In this document: piece after piece, positions 57,393 to 64,000 of the stretch
Layout: every line of letters starts with the position of its first letter
Position numbering within the stretch: position 1 is the stretch's first letter
From: a bacterium
Lineage (GTDB): Bacteria; Bacteroidota; Ignavibacteria; Kapaibacteriales; UBA2268
NCBI GenBank assembly: GCA_043804925.1
Contig: JAZDIP010000106.1
Span: forward strand, 796 to 64,795
Length of the DNA: 64,000 bases
Reading direction: 5' to 3'
Notes under the pieces: generated by a model
The model's input: only the letters and a program-made list of their open reading frames with translations
Told to the model about the DNA's origin: nothing
The model's database searches: none
Position numbers and translations under genes: made by a program

Positions 57393-58901
57393 ATGAATAA
57401 AATTCTTTTAGATAATGACATAAATATAACAAACTTCAGAAATGCCTCTCCCGCATCCTTGGCTTATATTATAAGTAAAGGCAGGTTTGAATTTCCTGAC
57501 CATATCAAACTGTTAGACAATTTGCTCGTTAAATTATCCCGTAGAGAATTCAATAAACTAATAATCAATATGCCACCGAGACATGGCAAATCCGAACTTA
57601 TTTCGAGATATTTTCCCTGTTGGTATTTGGGCACTTACCCTTCTCACAGAATTATATTGACCTGTTACGGTTCGTCACTGGCAGAATCATTTGGAAGAAA
57701 AGTTAAAAATATCATTTCCGAATTTGGAAATAACTTTTTCAATTTATGCTTAAGTCCTCATTCAAAATCAGCAAAACGTTTTGATATAGAAGGTAATTCA
57801 GGCGGGATGGATTTTGTCGGTGCAGGAGGTGCCATTACCGGAAAAGGTGCGGACCTGCTGATAATAGACGACCCGATAAAAAACAGTGCTGAAGCCGCTT
57901 CTTTAAATATGAGGGAAGTTCTTTGGGATTGGTTTAATTCTACCGCAATGACCCGGCTTGAATCCGATGGTGTCGTTGTGGTTGTTATGACACGTTGGCA
58001 TGAAGATGATTTGTGCGGTAGAATTATCGCAAATAATACAATTATCACTCCCGATGATTATTTTAAGAAAAATATTTCGCTTTTAGATGATTCATGGATA
58101 TTAGCAAAGCTACCGGCTATAGCTACTGAAGGTGATTGTATTGGCAGAAGCCCGGGTGAAGCTTTGTGGAGTAGTAGATTTCCAATTAAAAATTTAAAAA
58201 ATGCAGAGAAAAGAATGGGCTCTTATTTGTTCTCGGCTCTTTACCAGCAATCACCTTCTCCGGCAAGTGGAAATATTTATCAACGAAAACATTTCAGGTA
58301 CTTCACCGAAAATGATGAGTTCTATTTTCTCGAAGCAATGGGGCAGGATTATGACACTAAAAAGACTATAGCAAAACAATACTGTTCCACATTTATTGTT
58401 GTTGACCTCGCAGTTACACTAAAGCAGTCTTCAGATTTCACAGTACTTCTTGTTTTTAAAACAACACCGCAAAACGATATATTGGTTGTTGATATTGAAC
58501 GGCAGAAATGCGAAGGAGCAAACCACAAAAATATTATCAAAAGAATGAATGATAAGTGGACACCTTTAATGATAGGTATTGAGTCCAATCAGTATCAGAC
58601 TGCATTAATTCAGGAATTGCAAAAAGAAGGATTTTCCATCAAATCATTAAGAGCTGATAAGGAAAAAAAGATTCGTGCATTACCCATGCAGGCAAGATTG
58701 GAAGCAGGAACGGTATTCTTCCCTTTAAAAGCAAGCTGGCTTCATGACTTTGAAGAAGAACTTCTGATGTTCCCGAATGCCACCCACGACGACCAGGTTG
58801 ATGCCTTTGCATATATCTCATACATGGTCAGTGATTTCTCAAAAGAGAATCCGAAGAGTGCAGGTATCAGAAAAAAAGAAAAAATAGCATCGAAATTTTG
58901 A
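57393..58901 (+). CDS. terL: Phage terminase large subunit
   Basis: Walker A PPRHGKSE, Walker B LLIIDDP, and coupling motif TRWHEDDL. The C-terminal RNaseH-like nuclease has conserved Asp residues (VVDLAV, ATHDDQVDAF). Confidence 0.85.
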   Translation: MNKILLDNDINITNFRNASPASLAYIISKGRFEFPDHIKLLDNLLVKLSRREFNKLIINMPPRHGKSELISRYFPCWYLGTYPSHRIILTCYGSSLAESFGRKVKNIISEFGNNFFNLCLSPHSKSAKRFDIEGNSGGMDFVGAGGAITGKGADLLIIDDPIKNSAEAASLNMREVLWDWFNSTAMTRLESDGVVVVVMTRWHEDDLCGRIIANNTIITPDDYFKKNISLLDDSWILAKLPAIATEGDCIGRSPGEALWSSRFPIKNLKNAEKRMGSYLFSALYQQSPSPASGNIYQRKHFRYFTENDEFYFLEAMGQDYDTKKTIAKQYCSTFIVVDLAVTLKQSSDFTVLLVFKTTPQNDILVVDIERQKCEGANHKNIIKRMNDKWTPLMIGIESNQYQTALIQELQKEGFSIKSLRADKEKKIRALPMQARLEAGTVFFPLKASWLHDFEEELLMFPNATHDDQVDAFAYISYMVSDFSKENPKSAGIRKKEKIASKF

Positions 58902-59039
58902 CATATATTCTTGTTTGATTTTAGATTATATATTTTATATTTGTAATTAAGTGGATTGCTGTAACAAATTTTGAAAGATAATGACATGAGTAATCAATTC
59001 CTGACATCTGATTTTCTAAATATTCTTTCTTGTATCAAA

Positions 59040-59160
59040 TTTAGAAAAATCCTGTCTGCCGTCTGCTGTCTGCCGTCTCCTGCTTTATTTATTCCTTCAT
59101 TCTTTCGTTTCACATTTCACGTTTCACGTTTCACCATTTTCCTGTCTGCCGTCTGCGATA
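59040..59160. repeat. Cluster of short tandem repeats: TGTCTGCCGTC x2, GTTTCAC x4, and a 17-bp direct repeat CCTGTCTGCCGTCTGC at 59050 and 59141
   Basis: Directly visible. It lies between the terL stop and the truncated T9SS cargo gene. Confidence 0.6.
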
Positions 59161-59265
59161 TTACATTCACAAGAGAGTCCCATTGTCTTCACCAGCGGAT
59201 TTGAAGAAGGCAATAAATCAATCTGGGATGACAGGGACCCGAATCCTGATTCAACAAATCTTCTT

Positions 59266-60228
59266 ATGGAAGACCCCGGACCATTCAACAAAGCAGGAAA
59301 TCATGTAATGCGATTGCGTGTTCCTCCCGGAAGAGGAGGAGCAGATTTGGTTAAGATATTACCCGGAACTTACGATAAGCTCTATGCAAGATGGTACATG
59401 ATGTGGGAACCGGGATATGATTTCTCGGCACGAAACCACGGAGGTGGTCTTCATGCAGGTAACCGGAACAATCTTGGGAGGTCCGGTAACCGACCAATCG
59501 GTAACGACTGGTTTTCTACGTGGATTGAACCTGCAGACACCCACCTGAATCTTTACACTTACTATCGGGGAATGTACATGGATTGTGCAAATCCCCAAGG
59601 ACAATGCTGGGGTGACCATTTTCCATGCTGGTTCGACGAAGGTGAGCATATTTGCGACAAGCCGGAGCATAGGGAAACAATTATGCCGCCAATGATGGAA
59701 ACCGGCAGATGGTATTGCATTGAAATAATGTTGGATGCAGGTACTCCCGTTCAAAGTGATGCAAAAGCAGACGGTGTGGCAAACTTTTGGATTGACGGGA
59801 TTGAATACGGTCCATTTCGTCATCTTTGGTTGCGAACAACTGCTGAATTGAAAATTAACATTCTTTGGCTTAGCTTATTTCATCATGGGGAGCACAGTGT
59901 CGAAGGGATTATGCTTGATGAGGTAATCGTTTCAACAGACAGAATCGGCTGTGGCGAGCCACAGAAAATATTAAATGAATCCGATGAAAATTATTTTACC
60001 ATAATCCCTGATTATGATAATAAGACAATATCTGTTTTTTCCAACAAATCTCAGATATTTGATATAACCATATATAATATCTTTGGCGAACGAGTATATT
60101 TCCAAAATAACATTATCGAAGCAAGAAATTATTATGAAATCAGCTTTAACGCTTTACCGACAGGAATTTATTTTGTGCAGATAAAATCAAACACAAGTAT
60201 CAAAAATCACAAAATATTGCTATGGTAA
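59266..60228 (+). CDS. T9SS C-terminal sorting-domain protein lacking a signal peptide (probable 5'-truncated gene)
   Basis: C-terminal ...ITIYNIFGERVYFQ...GIYFVQIKSNTSIKNHKILLW. The in-frame upstream sequence back to 59020 encodes plausible mature-protein sequence (ESPIVFTSGFEEGNKSIWDD...) but has no start and no leader. Confidence 0.55.
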   Translation: MEDPGPFNKAGNHVMRLRVPPGRGGADLVKILPGTYDKLYARWYMMWEPGYDFSARNHGGGLHAGNRNNLGRSGNRPIGNDWFSTWIEPADTHLNLYTYYRGMYMDCANPQGQCWGDHFPCWFDEGEHICDKPEHRETIMPPMMETGRWYCIEIMLDAGTPVQSDAKADGVANFWIDGIEYGPFRHLWLRTTAELKINILWLSLFHHGEHSVEGIMLDEVIVSTDRIGCGEPQKILNESDENYFTIIPDYDNKTISVFSNKSQIFDITIYNIFGERVYFQNNIIEARNYYEISFNALPTGIYFVQIKSNTSIKNHKILLW

Positions 60229-60280
60229 AAAAAACCGTATCATTCAGGATGCGGTTTTTATGTTATGAAAATAATATTCA

Positions 60281-62404
60281 TCAGGGCCAGCTACCCTCCA
60301 TAGTTAATATTATTCCTGAACCAATATATCCCGATTGTGGAGGATCTGATTCCTTATCAACCATTCCCAGAAAAATTGATACCTGTGCAGATACAAAATT
60401 CATTTTACTTTTATTTTTTATAGAGAAAGTCCATGTTGGGTTCATTGAAGCAGAAGGTCCATAAATAACTTTTCTTGGATTTTTTCCATTAGCATCTGTG
60501 ATATCTACCCAGATAGAATCTATTTGAGGTTGCCATCTTGGTTCAGGATTCATAACTGACCTGTTAAAAGAAAGAGATGATATATCAAGAGATAAATTAT
60601 AAGAATGAGTAACTCCTTCAGGAATTTCCTGCATAGTGAATCTTATCATTCGCAATTCGCCAAAGGGATTAACATCCTGAGTAATTTTAAATCCATTAGT
60701 TGAATTCATTAAAAATGCCAAGTTTGCATTTACACCCTTATTATAAATTTGAGTTTCCCAATTAGAACTATAATTTTGTATATATTTATCAGTATCTATT
60801 ACAAGGTCTTCAATTTTTATTTCGTTATTAGTCGGTTCGTTCCAATCTATTGATAGAGGAAAATCCATTGAATCTTTATAATCATTATAAAATACCCTAA
60901 GTATAGATTCACCGGGGAATAAACGATAAATTTTGAATTCACCATCCTTACCTGTTTTAAAAGATTGAATAAGCCGGTAGCCATATTCATCTTCTCCGGT
61001 TTGTGAAATATTGTGAACTACTGCGCCTTCTAAAGGATTACCTTTGGAATCTACTACTTTACCCCTCCCATTGTATGACCATCCTATTGGCTCGAGCATA
61101 GCCGGTAATTTGAATTTATGTTCATTGCCTAATTCATCCAAGTAATCCTGGATATGAGTTCTTGCTTCGTCAACCGTTCTTGGGCCTCTCAAAATCAAAT
61201 TCATTATGTTATTAACGGTTGCATTTATAACCGGAACTTTGCTTTTTGTTCTCGCACCTTGTTTTGACTCAAAATTATGAATCTCATTTGCGCTTCTTAT
61301 TAGAGCGACCCAAAGGGCTGTCGGAAAACTTTCGTATGAAGGAAAGTCATTTGCACTTGGCTCAGAGCCAATAATATCACACATATTGTTAATTGCTCTA
61401 ACATTAGACAAATCATAGCCATTTGGGTAACCATTGAAATAACCAGTAACTAAGTATTCCGAAAAATATGCATAATCTTCAAGCAAACCGTCATTTCTTG
61501 TTCCGTATAAACCCGGCTCATGGTCTCTGCCTGTTCTAAAAAGTGTTTGCAGTTCATCATATCTGTTAAAACCCAACAATACATGAGTCATATAATGTCC
61601 GACTTCGTGGGCTATTACATTCAATTCAACATTGTTTCTGAAATAAAAATTTGCATTACTCCAAAGAATACTATTATTCCCATTGTAAGCACACGAACCT
61701 GATAAACTGATTGTATAAGATAAAGTACTCTTAATATTGTTTCTCGCAGTTTGAGCAACATCTTCAGGAAGATATTGAAGCCAAAGGTCAATCACCTGAG
61801 TTAAATTCTTTCTTATAGAATCCAATATTGTACGATTTGGAGAATTTTCAGGTAAATTAACAATGGCAAAGTAATTCGATGCAGGTGGTCTATTAACCTG
61901 GATTTTATTTTTGGATTGAATATGTTTCCCGGCATTAACAGTAAAAACTTTTTTATTATCTTCGATAGTGTATTCACTAACGGGCCACCAGTCGGTACTT
62001 TTCTTATTAATCTCGATTTCATGTTCTACCGCTCGATATGAATATAGCATATTATACTCATTATCATTATGAGGAAGCAAGACCTCAACATCTTGTTGTC
62101 CACTATATTCCATATAAAACTGTTCAGATGGCAGGCACATTTCAGGTGAAGTTGTTATTTTAGCAATAGTCAGTTTTCCTTCGCCACCATCAGGAAAAAT
62201 AAATGTTAAACCTGAAACCTCATCTTCGATTTCAACTTTTTCTCCTCCTGAAACATTATATTCCTTTTTTTCACCAATTTTCCAAACAGCACCACCATCG
62301 GGTTTCACCGGATTATCGTCGGCACAGGATGCAAATAAGACAAAAGCGATGAGAATCAATATCTTTTTGTTAAAGATTGATTGAATTAGATTATTTGATT
62401 TCAT
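60281..62404 (-). CDS. Secreted zinc metalloprotease-like lipoprotein (HExxH)
   Basis: Lipobox LFASC. VIAHEVGHYMTHV zincin motif. The C-terminal about 110 aa domain is shared with the downstream paralog. Confidence 0.7.
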   Translation of the reverse strand: MKSNNLIQSIFNKKILILIAFVLFASCADDNPVKPDGGAVWKIGEKKEYNVSGGEKVEIEDEVSGLTFIFPDGGEGKLTIAKITTSPEMCLPSEQFYMEYSGQQDVEVLLPHNDNEYNMLYSYRAVEHEIEINKKSTDWWPVSEYTIEDNKKVFTVNAGKHIQSKNKIQVNRPPASNYFAIVNLPENSPNRTILDSIRKNLTQVIDLWLQYLPEDVAQTARNNIKSTLSYTISLSGSCAYNGNNSILWSNANFYFRNNVELNVIAHEVGHYMTHVLLGFNRYDELQTLFRTGRDHEPGLYGTRNDGLLEDYAYFSEYLVTGYFNGYPNGYDLSNVRAINNMCDIIGSEPSANDFPSYESFPTALWVALIRSANEIHNFESKQGARTKSKVPVINATVNNIMNLILRGPRTVDEARTHIQDYLDELGNEHKFKLPAMLEPIGWSYNGRGKVVDSKGNPLEGAVVHNISQTGEDEYGYRLIQSFKTGKDGEFKIYRLFPGESILRVFYNDYKDSMDFPLSIDWNEPTNNEIKIEDLVIDTDKYIQNYSSNWETQIYNKGVNANLAFLMNSTNGFKITQDVNPFGELRMIRFTMQEIPEGVTHSYNLSLDISSLSFNRSVMNPEPRWQPQIDSIWVDITDANGKNPRKVIYGPSASMNPTWTFSIKNKSKMNFVSAQVSIFLGMVDKESDPPQSGYIGSGIILTMEGSWP

Positions 62405-62543
62405 AATAGCACCTCTAAGTTTCTTATATTTAATTACCAAAATTTAATAGACTACTTCTTCTGAAATTCTATAATGAGCAGCTTTAATTATTTCAAAATT
62501 GATATTTTTCAAAATATCTATCATAAAAATCTTTTAAATAATA

Positions 62544-64000
62544 CTATTCAATTAATTTGAAGTTGATTTCAAAATTACTAAAATGGTGTTCTTCGTTATC
62601 TTCCTCAATTAATTCTCCCCCATCAGTATAATTTTTTATTTTACATTTATACTTTGTATCTATTGATATTTTCCAAATTTTTTTATTCCTAAAATCAAAA
62701 TCAAATGGAAGAAAAGGTATTTTTATTGACAAAGTACCATCGTTATTATCCTTAATTGAATAGTTTTTATTAAAAGAATTATTCTCCGAAATTAAATAGA
62801 TTGGATTTTTCTCGAAAGTGTTTATATAGTAAGTATAACTATCATACTTTATTTGTATAGAATATTTGTTTAAAATAGATGTTAAAACCAGATCAAGAAA
62901 TAAAGTATCCGAATAGTTATCATTGGACTTTATATTAATGTTCAGCCCTATATTTCCATCACCATTATTAAAGAATTCACATGTATTATTTATTGAGCAA
63001 TCCAATTTTCCAGCTAAACAAATTTTCGATTTAACAGTATCTTTATCAATTGAGCCATATATTGAATTACTTGCTTCTAAATCATTGTTTAAATTAACAA
63101 TTTGATTTCCTTTTTTACCAATTTTAAGTGTTCCCAAATCCAATTGAACATTTGTCGGTTTTGTCCAATCTACCGTTAATGGGAAATCTGCTGAATCCAA
63201 AAATTTCCCCGATTGATAATTATAAAATACCCTTAGAATTTGTGAACCGGGGTATATCCTTGGGACAATGCATTCTCCTTTGCTGTCTGTTTTGAAGCTT
63301 GATACTGTCCAAAAATCCCGTGTACTGCTTCCTGTCTGCATTACAGGCAATACCTCGGCATTTGGGACAAGATTTCCTTTACTGTCAACAATTTTAACTT
63401 TACCATAATAAGACCATCCAATCGCTTCAGCCCTGACTAAGAATTTCGGTAGCTTATCAGGACTATGCGTAGAAAAATAATCAAGTGTATATTTCATTAT
63501 GTCATTAACTGTTAGTGGATTTCTTAATAAAATATTACAGAATACATCCTGGGTACTGATATTTAACACTGGTGCAGGAGTTCTCAAAATACGTTTATAA
63601 TATACAGCAGCATTAACACAATCAAAGGTGTACATTTGAGTATTGTTCGCAGTAAGCTGATGGACTAATGCAGCAGCAAAACCCTCTATCGCCGGGAAAT
63701 CAATATATTGAGGATGAGCAGTATATTTAACTTTTGAATCATTTTGCCGGGCTTTTACTTTATCCCATATCCCTGTTGTTTTTGCTGTCAAATCCGTATA
63801 TAATGAATTTTCATCGGCAATATAATTTTCGATAATATAAGCCATATCTTCCTGAAGACCCTGCTCCCTTCCATTTGTTAAAGGAGTAAATGCAATATGC
63901 TCGATATCACCGAATCTTGACCAGAGTGCTTCATAATTCACAACTCCCCAAAGCAAATAATTTATCATATGTCCGGCTTCATGATGGATTACTGCTGTTT
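62544..64000 (-). CDS. Paralogous HExxH zinc metalloprotease-like protein (N-terminus beyond window)
   Basis: The in-frame extension to the window edge reads ...TAVIHHEAGHMINYLLWG (HExxH). The C-terminal domain is homologous to that of 60281..62404 (AIGWSY...ILRVFYN...DFPL). Confidence 0.65.
   Translation of the reverse strand, partial: TAVIHHEAGHMINYLLWGVVNYEALWSRFGDIEHIAFTPLTNGREQGLQEDMAYIIENYIADENSLYTDLTAKTTGIWDKVKARQNDSKVKYTAHPQYIDFPAIEGFAAALVHQLTANNTQMYTFDCVNAAVYYKRILRTPAPVLNISTQDVFCNILLRNPLTVNDIMKYTLDYFSTHSPDKLPKFLVRAEAIGWSYYGKVKIVDSKGNLVPNAEVLPVMQTGSSTRDFWTVSSFKTDSKGECIVPRIYPGSQILRVFYNYQSGKFLDSADFPLTVDWTKPTNVQLDLGTLKIGKKGNQIVNLNNDLEASNSIYGSIDKDTVKSKICLAGKLDCSINNTCEFFNNGDGNIGLNINIKSNDNYSDTLFLDLVLTSILNKYSIQIKYDSYTYYINTFEKNPIYLISENNSFNKNYSIKDNNDGTLSIKIPFLPFDFDFRNKKIWKISIDTKYKCKIKNYTDGGELIEEDNEEHHFSNFEINFKLIE

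Noticed and set aside
57217-57432. Two overlapping minus-strand ORFs encoding FLSFLSFFIFFIVFYLFYRF repeats
   Set aside because: They are translations of the 19-bp A-tract tandem array between terS and terL. Not genes.
58971-59204. 77-aa ORF after terL (…ILSAVCCLPSPALFIPSFFRFTFHVSRFT…)
   Set aside because: It is composed of the TGTCTGCCGTC/GTTTCAC short repeats. The low-complexity translation is unlikely to be a real protein.
59359-59823. 154-aa antisense ORF within the T9SS cargo gene
   Set aside because: A shadow ORF with no start context. The sense strand has a clear CTD-bearing product.
1-64000. tRNA/rRNA genes
   Set aside because: I found no stretch with tRNA-like T-arm/anticodon architecture or rRNA-like conserved blocks in the intergenic regions by eye. 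tRNAscan or Infernal would be needed to be sure.

Overview
This looks like a chromosomal segment from a low-GC (about one third GC), AT-rich bacterium. The gene set suggests Ignavibacteria/Bacteroidota: a type IX secretion (T9SS) C-terminal sorting domain recurs on at least six proteins, there is a TonB/SPOR/TPR envelope repertoire, and there are c-type cytochromes.

Housekeeping genes that I recognise with confidence:
- gpmI
- methionine-salvage mtnA, followed by an mtnB-like class II aldolase and an alpha/beta hydrolase in one operon
- nrnA
- a NuoE / NuoF-GltD fusion / 2Fe-2S-4Fe-4S ferredoxin / GltB-domain-2 oxidoreductase operon
- prmC, pyrB, HU, pgsA, nadC-nadA

Accessory content:
- A tandemly duplicated two-gene cassette at 2.5-7.9 kb: a novel cysteine-rich cytoplasmic protein plus a T9SS-secreted beta-propeller.
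- A putative extracellular electron transfer operon at 9.4-13.6 kb: a periplasmic pentaheme cytochrome, a Cyc2-like fused monoheme cytochrome-porin, two paralogous 4-TM proteins and a DUF3592-like protein.
- A compact, very AT-rich three-gene module at 22.7-25.6 kb that I consider the best candidate for an undescribed anti-phage defence system. It comprises a PD-(D/E)xK-type sce7726-like protein, a sce7725-like protein and a zinc-ribbon-RES (NADase-type) fusion.
- A degraded mobile island at 54.1-59.2 kb: an orphan gene fragment, an AT-rich three-gene operon of unknowns including a TIGR04255-like protein, and a small and large terminase pair separated by a phased A-tract 19-bp tandem repeat. 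It ends in short repeats that truncate the signal peptide of a T9SS cargo gene.
- Two tandem paralogous HExxH metalloproteases; the second runs off the window end.

Repeats and remnants:
- A 28-bp palindromic REP-like element at three sites, one inside a coding N-terminus.
- CCATTAA heptad tracts.
- A 30-bp x 5.5 minisatellite.
- Period-7/8 AT-rich tandem repeats downstream of many genes.
- An IS3-family orfA remnant.

I saw no rRNA, tRNA or CRISPR array by eye.
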